Notes under the pieces: generated by a model
Seen by the model: the letters and a program-made list of their open reading frames with translations, nothing else
What the model was told of the DNA's origin: nothing
Database searches by the model: none
Assembly (NCBI RefSeq): GCF_006345805.1
Contig: NC_043010.1
Location: forward strand, 65,782,001 to 65,846,000
Direction of reading: 5' to 3'
DNA from: Octopus sinensis
Lineage: Eukaryota
Length of the DNA: 64,000 nt
Translations under genes and position numbers: made by a program
Part shown: piece after piece, positions 41,323 through 54,699 of the stretch
Position numbering within the stretch: the first letter of the stretch is position 1
Layout: every line of letters begins with the position of its first letter

Positions 41323-41862
41323 ATATTCTTTTCTACTCTAGGCACAAGGCCCAAAACTGGTCTTTAATTTATCGACCTCAAAAGGATGAAAGGCAAAGTC
41401 GACCTCAGCGAAATTTGAACTCAGAATGTAAAGACAGACGAAATACTGCTAAGCATTTCACCCGGCATGCTAACATTTCTTATTTCTTTATTGCCCACAA
41501 GGGGCTAAAGATAGAGGGGACAAACAAAGGGATTAAGTCGATTACATCGACCCCAGTGTGTAACTGGTACTTAATTTATCGACCCTGAAAGGATGCTAGG
41601 CAAAGTCGACCTCGGCGGAATTTGAACTCAGAACGTAATGGCAGACAAAATACTCCTAAGCATTTCGCCCGGAGTGCTAACGTTTCTGCCAGCTCACCAC
41701 CTTTCCACATCTCTGATATTAACAGACTCTATTGCTTCCTTTATACAAGTAACACTTCATATGTTCTTTATTTATTTAATTCTCTGCAAACATGTCCCCA
41801 TGTAATCACTACCTAACCATCCACTCTCTTATATATCCATGTTCTCTGTCTCTCCATTGTAG

Positions 41863-42016
41863 GCCACCACAACTGTGTATTTATGTCTGCTGTTATTTGA
41901 AGAGTTTCCTTTCATGATGATACTGTTCGGTTTAGTCTCCTGCCTCACACATTTCTTACTTTTAAAGAGCTTCCCTTATTTCGTTTTGAGCTCACCTACT
42001 TTTATAGCATCAATTG
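41863..42016 (+). CDS. TEX261: TEX261 exon 3, ATTTVYLCLLLFEEFPFMMILFGLVSCLTHFLLLKSFPYFVLSSPTFIASI
   Basis: ttgtag acceptor, gtaagt donor; 154 nt, phase 0 to 1; hydrophobic segments with FExFP and FPxxxLxSPxFI motifs. Confidence 0.95.
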
Positions 42017-42644
42017 GTAAGTGGACACTTTGCTTCTCTTTGATATTTTATTCTGTCAGGCACAGAACTTAGCGACCAGCTCACCACCTTTAATCCCTTC
42101 TATTATAGGCCCCAAGGCCTGAAATTTGGGGGAAGGGGACTAGTCAATTACATTGACCCCAGTGTTTCACTAGTACTTAATTTATCGACCCCCAAAAGGA
42201 TGAAAGGCAAAGTTGATCTTGGTGGAATTTGAACTCAGAATGTAGCGACAGGTAAAATACCGCTAAGCTTTTCGTCCAGCGTGCTAACAATTCTGCCAGT
42301 TCACCACCATAATAATAATCCTTTCTACTGGGAGCACAAGGCCTCAAATTTGGGGGAAGCGATTAAGTCGATTACAATCACCCCCGTGCATAACTGGTAC
42401 TTAATTCATAACTGGTACTTAATTCTCTCTTTCCTACTGCATCTTGCAGCTCACTTGCGACGGACCAGCGTCCCATCCAGGTAGGGAACCTATACACCAA
42501 GGAAACTGAGAAACCAGCCGCTATGAGCCGGGTGTGGCTTGAGAAGGAACAAACAATGATAATGATAATAATTAGGGTTGAGTTTTGCATGTGTCTATTT
42601 TCTCAGTGCTATGTCTTACAGGTTTTCTCTTTCTTCATTCACAG

Positions 42645-42712
42645 TCTTCATCTTTATCAACCACTATTATGCCTTCAGCTATTTTGCCACAGTCTACTAT
42701 ACATTTGGCGAG
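42645..42712 (+). CDS. TEX261: TEX261 exon 4, VFIFINHYYAFSYFATVYYTFGE
   Basis: ttcacag acceptor, gag|gtaagt donor; 68 nt, phase 1 to 0; NHYxAFxxF motif. Confidence 0.95.
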
Positions 42713-43012
42713 GTAAGTAGTTCAATTCTATTCATGATCCTAACCTTACGCTTACTGCCACCTGCTTCGTTAATTTAACAAAATACAAGGTGGTTGTCTT
42801 TAAATGTCTTCTGTTCATGGCTGTGCAATTAAGAAACTTGCTTGGCAAACCAGATAGTTTCAGGTTCAGTCCCACTGCATGGCACCTTGGGCAAGCAACT
42901 TCTACTATAGCCCTGAGCTGACCAGTGCCTTGTGAATGAATTTAAAAGGAAACTGTGAGGAATATATATATAAATATGACATGTTTCCTCACAGTTTCCT
43001 ATTAAATATATG

Positions 43013-43043
<31 letters not shown>

Positions 43044-43664
43044 GATGATGATGATGATATATATATATATATATATATACATCATCATCATCATCATTTA
43101 ACATCCATTGTCAATGGGTTGGATGGTTTGACTGGGTTGGCACGCTGGAAGGCTGCACCAGACTCCAGTCTGATTTGGCGTGGTTTTCTACAGCTAGATG
43201 CCCTTCCTAATGCCACCCACTCCGAGAGTGTAATGTGACATATACACTGGTATATGTCACAACTACAATTTTGCTCGGCTTGATGGAGGCTTTTTCTCAA
43301 GCATGACATAATGCCAAAGGTCCTGGTCATTGCCTCCATGAGGCCCAACACTCGAGAGGAACTCAGCCACTTTGCTTCCATATATACTCATATATATATA
43401 CATTATATCCTCATCACCATTGATTAACATCCATTTTCCATGTTGGCATAGGTTATATATACATACTTATTTCAGCACTCTTTTTGCCAAGTTACTAAGT
43501 TACAAGAACATAAACACTCCAACACAAGTTGTCAAGCAATGATGGAGACAAACACAGATACAAACACACACACACACACACACAAACACATACATATATG
43601 TCGGGCTTCTTTCAGTTTCCATTTACCAAATCTACTCACAAGGCTTTGGTCAGCCCAAAGCTAT

Positions 43665-43955
43665 ACCAAAATGCAAATATATGGGAAACTACCACCTGTG
43701 TCATCTCTTGTGAAAGGTAGGAGAGTCCAGTTTGCTGGACATTGTTGTAGATCTGAAAAAGAAGTAATTTCTACTCTTCTCTTCTGGAAGCCATCTACTC
43801 GCAATACCAGAGGGCGCACACTCTCCTACCTTCATGTAATCTCCAGGGATACAGGCATCCAGCAACAGGACCTCCGTAATGCCATGATGGACCGTGAAGT
43901 CTGGCGTAGCATGGTAAATTCCATTGTCTCGACAACGGTCGAACAATGATGATGT
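43665..43955 (+). mobile_element. Shorter copy of the same RTE-type LINE, inserted in a SINE in TEX261 intron 4
   Basis: Near-identical to 58655-58946. Confidence 0.9.
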
Positions 43956-44083
43956 TGATTAGACTGAACCCAGAACCATCTGGTTGGGAAGCAAGCTACA
44001 TACCACACAACCTGGCCTATTTTTTACTTTCTTTGTGGTTTTAGATTTATGTCAGAAACTATTATCTGTGGTATTATTGCTAA

Positions 44084-44368
<285 letters not shown>

Positions 44369-45050
44369 TAATAGATTCTTATTGAAGGTACCACACAGCA
44401 GGATTGAACCTGGAACCTTGCGTTTATGAAGGGGTCATCTTAATCACACTGCCATGCCTGCACTTATACAAGCAATCATTCATTACATCTATATCTTTAT
44501 ACACACACACACACACACACACGTGCCACATAAAATAGAGCCAGTCCACTCTGTAAAGTGGTTGGCATTAGGAAGAGTATCCAGCTGTTAAAACCATGCC
44601 AAAAGCAAACAGTGGAACTTGGTACTGTCCCCAGGCTAACCAGCTCCTGTCAAACTGTCCAACCTATGCCAGCATGGAAGATGGACTTTAAACAATGATG
44701 ATGATGATGACGATCATCATCATCATGATCATTCATCATCATTAAATGTCTGCCTTCCATGCTGACATGGGTTGGACAATTTGACAGGAGTTGGCCAGGC
44801 AAAAGACTGCACCAGATTTCTGTGTCTGTTTTGGCAAGGTTTTAATGGCTGGATGCCCTTTCTAACACCAATATATGATACATGTCTATATCTATCTATC
44901 TATCTATATATATATATATATATCAGTTGAATAAAGTTAAAACATGGTCTGGTTTGCATGTTTTTTATTATGGTATTTTAACATTAGAAAAATAAAGTTG
45001 AATTAGCACTCTCATACATAGTATAATCATCAGATTTCAAATGTGTTTAA

Positions 45051-45284
45051 CCCTTTTGTTACCATATTTCTGTTGAGATGCTCTGTGTTTCTTTCAATAA
45101 ATTTTAAATATAACAAAGAATTTAGTAAATAATTTAGTAAAATAACTAAGCTACCATTAAGCTAGTGTTAGGAACATAAATTGTGACTAAGGTTTGGTAG
45201 AAGATTTTAATTCAGTACTTATGAAAACAGGACATTCGTACTACAGAGCCAGGGGCGGTTTCAGGCAGGTTGGTATCAAAATGG
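45051..45284. mobile_element. piggyBac-like MITE monomer with TTAA TSD
   Basis: TTAA on both sides; the paired inverted arm (46396-46399) shows the empty site with a single TTAA. Confidence 0.9.
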
Positions 45285-46405
45285 TTAACTGACAGTTGAG
45301 CTCTTAACAACTTTAGTACCTCTCAGTACTTCAGTACCTTTTGTCGGAAATTACAGCTTGTGGAGTTTTTTACTGATAAAAATAATGAGAATGACGAATC
45401 CTTTATGGATACATAAAACTACTGCATCTAGATCAGTTCGTTGACATCCTCTCCAGATTTCCACTGAGGCATAATATCAATGTCAGACTAAACATTTCAA
45501 AACTAGAAAAGTCTGCCCTTATATGTCTTCAAAATGACAACACAATTTTCAATAAACAAGCAGTAAAGGGGTGGCTTTATTATAATGGATACAGAATATT
45601 ACCCGAATCTAACCGAAAATCACTTAAAAGTTATAATATTCTACCATGAAATATCTTCAAATATTGACCACCGCATCATGAAAAAACTCAATTATTTAGT
45701 TTAAAACATTATAACTCCCTCACCCCTAATGAAATGGACTATATTGCGAATTTTGAGTCGAAATCCAGCAGCTTCTATGGCTTATCCAAAATACATATGA
45801 CAAAAGAAATACAGAACACTACAAAGGAACAAGGTTGTGAATACATAAAACTACTACAACCAAAAGACCTTAAATTACTAAGACCCTTTATAGCTGGTCC
45901 AGCCTGTCCTACACATCGTCTGAGCAACCTCATTGACATTATCCTAAAACCACTATGTAGTCACATACCCAGTTTCATTTGGGGTGACATCAATTTCCTC
46001 TCACATCTGCCCAAAACAACAGAATCCAATTCACTGTTAGATTTGATGTAACAAACTTATATACAAACATTCCACATGATTTGGGACTTACTGCCATAAA
46101 ATATTGGGTCGAGAAACATAGAGATGCGATCCCCAATAGATTTATTGAAACCTTCATATTAGACGCCGTCAGCCTCATCTTCAAAAACAATACATTCTTT
46201 TTCAACCGAAAAAACTACCTCCAGGTTCGAGGCACAGCTATGGGAATTTAAATATAAACAAGTTACAGAATATCGGTACGCCTGGCAAGCCGTGATGTTT
46301 AAGCTGCATGCAGATTGGTCAAAAAGGTATTCTAAAAATTCAACTTGTTGGAATGTTCTAAGAGGTACTAAAGCTGTCAAGAACTCAACTGTCAGTTAAA
46401 CACAT

Positions 46406-46448
46406 TTGAAATCTGATGATTACTCTATATATGAAAGCACTAATTTAA
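46406..46448 (+). ncRNA. Degenerate minimal hammerhead motif in Penelope pseudo-LTR (mirror copy at 44998-45040, - strand)
   Basis: ttgaaat-CTGATGA-...-GAAA-gcac-TA-atttaa; the two copies give a consensus stem II atac/gtat and palindromic AGCGCT stem III. Confidence 0.6.
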
Positions 46449-46599
46449 CTTTATGAGCATTACGAAATATTTTTTTAATGTTAAATGTTAAAATATCATA
46501 ATAAAAAACATGAAAACCAGACCATCTTTTAGCCTTATTCAACTGATATATTATTCTATACACATTCACACAAATTCAAAACAAAATATATACATATAT

Positions 46600-46641
<42 letters not shown>

Positions 46642-47451
46642 TATATATCTTTCTGTCCATTAGTTTGTTTCTACATCTCTTATATATCTCTCTGTCTCTA
46701 CTTCCCCGCCTATTCATACTCTCTTTCTATCTACTTACCTCTTCTATACACATCAATCCACCCCTTCTCTCTTTCTCCATGTGTCTGTCTTTCTCAATTT
46801 GTCTATCTATCTGTCTGTCTATCCATCTATCTATCTATCTATCTATATCTATCTATCTGTCTGTCTATATATCTATCTATCTATCTATCTGTCTGTCTAT
46901 ATATCTGTCTATCTATCTATCTATCTATCTATTTGTCTGTCTGTCTATCTATCTATCTATCTATCATCATCATCATTTAACGTCTGCTTTCCATGCTAGC
47001 ATGGGTTGGACGATTTGACTGAGGTCTGGCGAACCAGACTCCAATCTGATCTGGCAGAGTTTCTACAGCTGGATGCCCTTCCTAACACCAACCACTCCGA
47101 GAGTGTAGTGGGTGCTTTTACGTGCCACCAGCACGAGGGCCAGTTTTGTGGTACTGGCAACGGCCACACCCAAATGGTGCTTTTTATGTGCCACCTGCAC
47201 AGGAACCAGTCCAGCGGCACTGGCGACAACCTCACTCGAATATTTCACATGCCACCAGCACAAGTGCCAGTAAGGTGACGCGGTAACGATCACGCTTGAA
47301 TGGTGTGCTTAACGTGCCATCGGCATGAAGTCCAGCTTGTTGCTCCGGCAACGATCTCACTCGTATGGTACTCTTAGCACTCGAACTATCCATCTATCTG
47401 TATCCATATCTACCTATCATGCCTCCTACTTTCTCTTTGTTTCTATTCCAG

Positions 47452-47576
47452 ATGACAAAGACATGGATGTAGTCAGCAATTACTTCAACCGACGAGGTAA
47501 ACGCTACGGTTTGCTGTCCTTCTTCAAATACGCCCAGGAGAGCATTCTTCCTCAACGAGTGAAGAAGCAGTTCTAA
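47452..47576 (+). CDS. TEX261: TEX261 exon 6 (last coding), DDKDMDVVSNYFNRRGKRYGLLSFFKYAQESILPQRVKKQF-stop
   Basis: ttccag acceptor, phase 1; DVVSNYF..RGKRxG motif; TAA at 47574-47576; spliced CDS totals 615 nt = 204 aa. Confidence 0.95.
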
Positions 47577-48557
47577 GCTGCAGAAACCCCCCCATCCCTC
47601 CCCCCACTGTTCCCTGCCAACACTACACTCACCCACCCACCCCCTCCATCCATTCCCCCCACCCCTCCCGACACACACACACACACAACCTGGAAGGTGA
47701 GTCCCCCACTCTCCACTTTTTGCTGAGTCTGCCCTACCCTTAACACTGGTTTCTTTTGGGTGATTGCCTTTGTTTATGACAATCACAAACATCACCACCG
47801 CCAACGACAACAACAACAACAACAGCAACAACAACAGCAGCAGCATTGCTTGCCACCAACACCAACACCACCACCGCCACCTGAACCACAACTTTGACTC
47901 GCATCACACCTAACACCAACATCGCCACCACTACCATCATCAATGCCACCACTAAAAAACTACCACCAGTACCACTGCTAGCAACAACAGTTACACCACC
48001 ACCACCACCACTACCACTAATGCAACTACCAATGCCACCTCTAACGTTACCAGCAGCATTACCACTACTAACATCACCACCACCACCACAGCTATCACCA
48101 ACCTTACCTCTAATACTACAACCAACACTGCCACTACCTATCTGTCACATGGCATCACTTCACTCTCCACGTACCCACCTGCCCGCCCTTGCTGCCACAA
48201 AGTTTACCTCAATAATGTCAACTCTGCCTAATTATGGCCCTCTGGTAAATAAGAAGTGAACTGTAACCATGACCACCACTACCTAAACAATGTTATTACT
48301 CTCGACATTAGGTTGTGTGTCTGTCTCAGCCTACCATTAGCCCACCTTTCTTGTATGCGTCTACCTGTTTATGGGACAATCAGTTGTCCATAGTGGTCGT
48401 GGTGGTGGTGGTGGTATAGGTAATGGCTTTGTTGATAGTGATGACAGGGACGATATCAGTTGTGGTGGTGGTGGTGTTGGTGGTGAAGTATTGAGTTGTA
48501 TCCAATGTAGAGGTGGTGGTGTTACTAGAGTGGGTGTGGTGGTGATGGTGGTTCAGC

Positions 48558-49260
48558 AGTGAGCTGGCAGAATCGTTAGCACGCCGGGTGAAATGCTTAG
48601 CGGTATTTCATCTGCCGCTATGTTCTGAGTTCAATTTCCGCCGAGGTCGACTTTGCCTTTCATCCTTTCGGGGTTGATAAATTAAGTACCAGTTATGCAC
48701 TAGGGTCGATATAATCGACTTAATCCATCTGTCTGTCCTTGTTTGGCCCCATGTGGGTAGTAAAGAAATAGGTATTTCGTCTGCCGCTATGTTCTGAGTT
48801 CAAATTTCGCCAAGGTCGACTTTGCCTTTCATCCTTTCGGGGTTGATAAATTAAGTACCAGTTATGCACTAGCGTCGATATAATCGACTTAATCCATCTG
48901 TCTGTCCTTGTTTGGCCCCATGTGGGTAGTAAAGAAATAGGTATTTCGTCTGCCGCTATGTTCTGAGTTCAAATTCCACCAAGGTCGACTTTGCCTTTCA
49001 TCCTTTCGGGGTTGATAAATTAAGTACCAGTTATGCACTAGGGTCGATATAATCGACTTAATCCATCTGTCTGTCCTTGTTTGGCCCCATGTGGGTAGTA
49101 AAGAAATAGGTATTTCGTCTGCCGCTATGTTCTGAGTTCAAATTTCGCCAAGGTCGACTTTGCATTTCATTCTTTCGGGGTTGATAAATTAAGTACCAGT
49201 TATGCACTAGGGTCGATATAATCGACTTAATCCGTTTGTCTGTCCTTGTTTGTCCTCTCT
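48558..49260 (+). repeat. Tandem array (~4 x 170 bp) of SINE family A body
   Basis: Unit gtatttcgtctgccgctatgttctgag...gtaaagaaatag recurs at ~48602, 48772, 48941, 49110. Confidence 0.9.
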
Positions 49261-50621
49261 GTGTGGTGGTGCAGGTAATACTGCTGATGGTAGTGCTGGT
49301 GGCAGCAGCAGCAGTGGAGTATTGAGCTGTGGCCATCATGGTGGTGGTGGTGGTGGTGGTGGTGGTGGTGGTGTGGTGGTGGTGGTGGTGTTTGTGGTGT
49401 TGTGTAGCTTCAGTTCTGCAGTCATTGAACTGTCCTGTAGCACTGACAGGGTAATTGGCCAAGCCACTGGATACAACCCACAGAAATCTGTTTTCCCAGT
49501 CAGCGCTTTAGGCATGGGTGATGATGGTTGCTGTTGTCTAACCCCCAGTCAGCTCTGACTAAAGAAGAACTATGTTCAGAGGAATTCCAGCCGTGACCAT
49601 CCCATCATTTTTTCCCTACAAACAAGAAGCCCAGCACCATGTTATCCAACATAGCTGGTTGTGATTTGATGGATATTTGGCTACTATTTTTAGCAGGTCA
49701 AGAAACCATAGTAGAGCTGGTTGTGATTTGATAGATATTTGGCTGCTATTTTTAGCATGTCATGAAACCACAGTAGAGTTGGTTCTGTTGGAGATTGCAG
49801 ATGCTGCAGGTAATGGTGTAGTAATGCTCACATGTGATGCCAGCAGTACTGTGCTAACAGTTTATAGTTGCTATAGCAACACTTCCATATATCTCAGAGT
49901 TTCCCATCCACTCCCTCTTCCACCAGCCCTTTATTCCCATGCTGCCATCTACAACCTTGAATCCACTTCTTCAATGACCCAGTTCTCGCTTTGTCCACTT
50001 TTCGATATACTGACCATTCAAGGTTGTCCCACAGTCAGTAAGGTGAATTGCCACCAAAGTGACCAAGAGTCCAAGTTATTCCCCCAGCCATGCAACATTC
50101 CTCTTTTGCCAACTTGACCGACATCCCAAAATATTCCTCCAGCCCCTATTTTACACAAAGCTGACCTCCAGCCCCTATTTTACACAAAGTTGACCTCAAG
50201 CCCCACTGTCTGAGAAAACAAGGACACATTGAACAATCGTTACTAAGTTTATTTCAACAGATCTCCTATAGAACTTAGATCCAGCATTTTGAAAGTGTGA
50301 TCACATTGTTTACATAGACATATTCTTATACAAAATGTCATAACTTTCAGTACTGGCTCTAATTTCAAAAAGAAAATCTGTTAAGATAACTTAAAAGTGA
50401 TTTAATAGCACTGCTAACACAAGCTGAATACAATATTGACTTATAAAAACCGTTGAAGTACTTGGTAGTATATTGTGGTTGCATAATGCAATACCAGCTA
50501 TTGATATGTACATACCAGTTGCCAGGAATGTAATATGTAAAACCGGTCCATCCAATTGTGTTATGCTTTTAAATTTAGTGGCTATTTAAGCCATGTTTGT
50601 GGACAGTCAATAGGTTGAATG

Positions 50622-50668
50622 TGGTGCTGAAGAGGAAGCAATAACTCCTGAAATGTGCATATACACCA
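50622..50668 (+). ncRNA. Minimal type I hammerhead ribozyme motif
   Basis: Stem I tggtg/cacca; CTGAAGA; stem II gga/tcc; GAAA; near-palindromic stem III atgtgcatat; ATA triplet. Confidence 0.7.
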
Positions 50669-51770
50669 ATTACCTGTTTTTCTATCTTCGATTGCATTGT
50701 TTACATAGATGTATTCATATCTGCAGCATTATAGTGCTGGCTCTAAATTCTATAGAAAATCTGTAGAGATGCACTTAAAAATCAAAACAACACACTGCTA
50801 ACACAAAGTAAGGTACAATATTGACTTGTAACCCTTTAAATTTACATGGTGGTATGTTATGGTTACAAAACAATGTCCCTACCAGCAATTAACAGTGACT
50901 AATGAACTCCTTGGTACACGGAGTCTTGGTCAAACACAGGATGGTCTCAGCTGTTCCATTTTTGACCAAAGGCTTGCTGCATCAGAGCAGTCCTGGGCCA
51001 AAACAATAACAACAACAACAACAGCTCCTTCAGCTCAGGTCCCATGAAAATTACTATACCCGCCTCCGTTCTCTCCACACACCCCACACCCCGGTTCAGC
51101 ACAATTCCCACCAAAGCTGATCCATGGCTCCAATTCGTTTCCCCACACCTAAAACTGACCACTATATACCCCCAGTCTCACTTTGACCCTGGCCCGTTTA
51201 ACAGTGATGTGGACATTGCTTGAAATTTCGGGTAGCTTGCTATGCACCCTCCTCTATCCTGGCGTCCCTTACGTTTGGCAAATTGCCCTCTTGACCAATG
51301 CCAAAACTTCCCAAAAGGACAGTGACACCACTGAATAAACACTTGTAACAACAACATTGATATGAAGACTTTATCAACACCATGTGACAAGAAGGGCAGC
51401 AGTTTCTGCTTTTCCAACAATATTTTAATGCCCCCACCCACATCACTGTTAACACACACACACATACACACACACACACATATATATAAGAATGTGCATA
51501 CATACACAAGTATATATAATATATATGAATGTATGTATATATGCTATATTTATATATAATGTAATTGTGTATAAACAAGGAATGTGTGTCTGTACATACA
51601 TATATATATATATGTATGTATGTATATGCATGTATGTATGTATATATACACTTGTGTATTCATTTGAGGCTGATTAACTCTGTCACTACTCCTACTCAGA
51701 GATTCTTAACATGTGTGATCCTACAGGGCATAGATAAAAAAACGTTTGATTATACAAGCGTGTGTGTTTG

Positions 51771-51808
<38 letters not shown>

Positions 51809-52190
51809 TGAATGTTTATGTATATATGTAAATATATATCTTTATGTTTATATATATATTTATATATATGTTTGTTTATGTGTGTGTATCTATATATATA
51901 TATATAATATATATATATGTATATATATATATATATGTATGTATATATTCGTTTTGCAAGATTCCTGATGTGAAATTGTGTGTTGAAGCAGATATTGTTA
52001 TATTTTAGGATGGTCGTTTTACTTATGTATATTTTTTGCCAAATAGACATACGCACTTTTGTGTATGTGTGTCACATACACATATACACACACACACACA
52101 CAAGGACATAAATGCATGTGCACATAAAGATACACATCTTAGAAGAACAGAATAGAGTGAGTGGAGCAAGAACACACATGGAAATGAAAA

Positions 52191-52235
52191 GTGTCTCTGA
52201 AGAGGTCACAGATGTGTGACGAAAGATTTCCGCAC
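52191..52235 (+). ncRNA. Minimal hammerhead motif, stem I degenerate
   Basis: CTGAAGA-g-GTCACA-gatg-TGTGAC-GAAA-gatt-TC; perfect 6-bp stem II but weak stem I. Confidence 0.55.
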
Positions 52236-52393
52236 AATGGACATAAAATAAATAAGACCAGTAATAAACGAGTGAAGAAAAAATATATATACATATATAT
52301 ATAGTGCATGAGTTATTTGGCAAAAAAAAATGAATAAAAAATAAATAAAATAACCATCCCAAAATACAACAATATGTATATATATATATAATA

Positions 52394-52442
<49 letters not shown>

Positions 52443-52854
52443 ATATATACAATGTATGTATATATGTGTGTGTGTGTGTTTAATACACATACATTTTCTT
52501 TCTCTTCTTTATTTGTTGTATTGTGTTTCTCTTGTTTGTCATTTCTGATTCTGCTATTGTAATTAAACACTTTTTTTAAAAACTAATTTGTCGTTTGTGG
52601 TTTTTAGTCTTGTGTCATTAGTGTCACTTACTTTGGATGAAAATTGCATGTCGCTCGTAGTTGATGAACAATTATGCCGTTGGGTTAGTAATTCATTACC
52701 CCGAGTTTCTGAAAGGCAAAAATAGTAAGGGAGTGTCTGTAGCTCAATGCAAAACAAATATCTCAAAGGATTTTGCTCATGAAGATTTACTCATCATTCA
52801 CGTCCTCTGCTAATATACTTCACAGAAAGATATATGTGTGTATATATATATATA

Positions 52855-53019
52855 GGCGCAGGAGTGGCTGTGTGGTAAGTAGCTTGCTTACCAACCACAT
52901 GGTTCCGGGTTCAGTCCCACTGCGTGGCACCTTGGGCAAGTGTCTTCTACTATAGCCTCAGGCCGACCAAGGCCTTGTGAGTGGATTTGGTAGACGGAAA
53001 CTGAAAGAAGCCCATCGTG

Positions 53020-53050
<31 letters not shown>

Positions 53051-53645
53051 ATGTTGTGTGTCTGTGTTTGTCCCCTAGTATTGCTTGACAACCGATGCTG
53101 GTGTGTTTATGTCCCCCGTCACTTAGCGGTTCGGCAAAAGAGACCGATAGAATAAGTACTGGGCTTACAAAGAATAAGTCCCGAGGTCGAGTTGCTCGAC
53201 TAAAGGTGGTGCTCCAGCATGGCCGCAGTCAACTGACTGAAACAAGTAAAAGAGAAAAGATATATATATATATATAAATAGTAAATCCAAAAAAAGCTTG
53301 CTTACCAGCCACATGGTTCCAGGTTCAGTCCCACTGTGTGGCATCTTGGGCAAGTGTCTTCTGCTATAGCCCAGGGCCAACCAATGCCTTGTGAGTGGAT
53401 TTGGTAGACGGAAACTGAAAGAAACCTGTCGTATATATATGTATGTGTTTGTCCCCCTAGCATTGCTTGACAACCGATGCTGGTGTGTTTACGTCCCCTT
53501 CACTTAGCAGTTCGGCAAAAGAGACCGATAGAATAAGTACTGGGCTTACAAAGAATAAGTCCTGGTGTCGATTTGCTCGACTAAAGACGGTGCTCCAGCA
53601 TGGCCGCAGTCAAATGACTGAAACATGTAAAAGAGAAAGAGAGAG
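52855..53645 (+). mobile_element. Two adjacent SINE family B copies
   Basis: 52855-53258 full length, 53296-53645 5'-truncated. Confidence 0.88.
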
Positions 53646-53659
53646 TATATGTGTCAATA

Positions 53660-54240
53660 TTTAACCCTAGAAACACTTAAATATTTGACCTCATCCACAA
53701 AAACCTCCCCATTCTACTTGAAGATGAAAAAATGAAAAATAAATTGTGGAAACATACAAAATCATGAAAAGCAAAAGGCAGCCCAAAACACTCAAAGAAA
53801 TCTGCACTGTAACAAAAAAAAAAAAATCTCCAACCCAACTTTGACAAAATGGGGAAGAACAAATTGTGGTACCTGCTTATGGAAGGACCAAAATTCAAAT
53901 TTTAAGATGGACAAACCTTGAAAGTAAGAGTAAGCATCAACTGTAACTCTGAAAACTTGATCTATGTAATAACATGTGGTGGATGTCAACAAAACTACAT
54001 AGGACAGACAGGAATTTCATTATACAAAAGAATGATGATACACCACCAACAGATCTGAGATGATAGCACAAGGAAGATTCCCCCTAAGTAGTTACATTGC
54101 AAGCTGTGTGGGAATGACCTTGCTCGTTTTTAAATCTTCCCACTCTTTAAGTGCTCAGACTCTTTCACCCAGCAACAGAGAATAAACAAGGAAAAACAAT
54201 TCATCAACAAATATAAACCACAGCTAAATATTGAAACAGC
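53660..54240 (+). mobile_element. Penelope-like GIY-YIG endonuclease remnant
   Basis: Translates (with stops) to GRTNCGTC...NCNSENLIYVITCGGCQQNYIGQTGISLYKRMMIH...KEKQFINKYKPQLN; Cys-rich linker before GIY-YIG. Confidence 0.88.
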
Positions 54241-54699
54241 CACCATTAATCAACAATGAAAGACCTATTATGCACACACACATGCACCACAATAATGCAC
54301 ACACACACAAAACGTTCCCATAAAACCAAAAACACACAACATAAACCCTCACACCACAAATTATAGAATATTTTCCCAAATACAAGAAAACACACACACA
54401 CCACTAAAAATGAAAAGAACGCACATACATAGACACACACACACATTCACACACGTACACACACAGCAAAGTAAATGAAAAAGAATTCCTTCTAAATACT
54501 TTGAGTGACCATCCTTAAGTCAATATATTCTCTAAGAAAAAGGGGGAAAAATTGTTTTGACAATATATTCCAAAAATACACACAGGTAGACACATAGCTG
54601 GTCACCTCCTGAATAGAAACTACCCATTCAATTCAAAAGCCTTCTTTTCAATAGAATTCCTAAAATTTGAACTCTTTAACCCTCACCCCAAACCTACAA

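Larger units (their letters stand above)
44921..46550 (+). mobile_element. Penelope-like retroelement remnant: inverted pseudo-LTR, RT fragment, pseudo-LTR (TEX261 intron 5)
   Basis: 45450-46250 translates with stops/frameshifts to FYGLxKIH...LRPFIAGPACPTHRLSNLIDIILKP...FDVTNLYTNIPHDLG...NNTFFFN..YLQVRGTAMG (PLE RT); ~200-bp inverted arms 44921-45325 and 46358-46550. Confidence 0.88.

Noticed and set aside
47894-48259. Pro/Leu-rich ORF after TEX261 stop
   Set aside because: Degenerate (CCA)n low-complexity sequence in the presumed 3'UTR; non-ATG start
48558-49260. Regular repeats resembling a CRISPR array
   Set aside because: Tandem SINE bodies with no unique spacers; eukaryotic context
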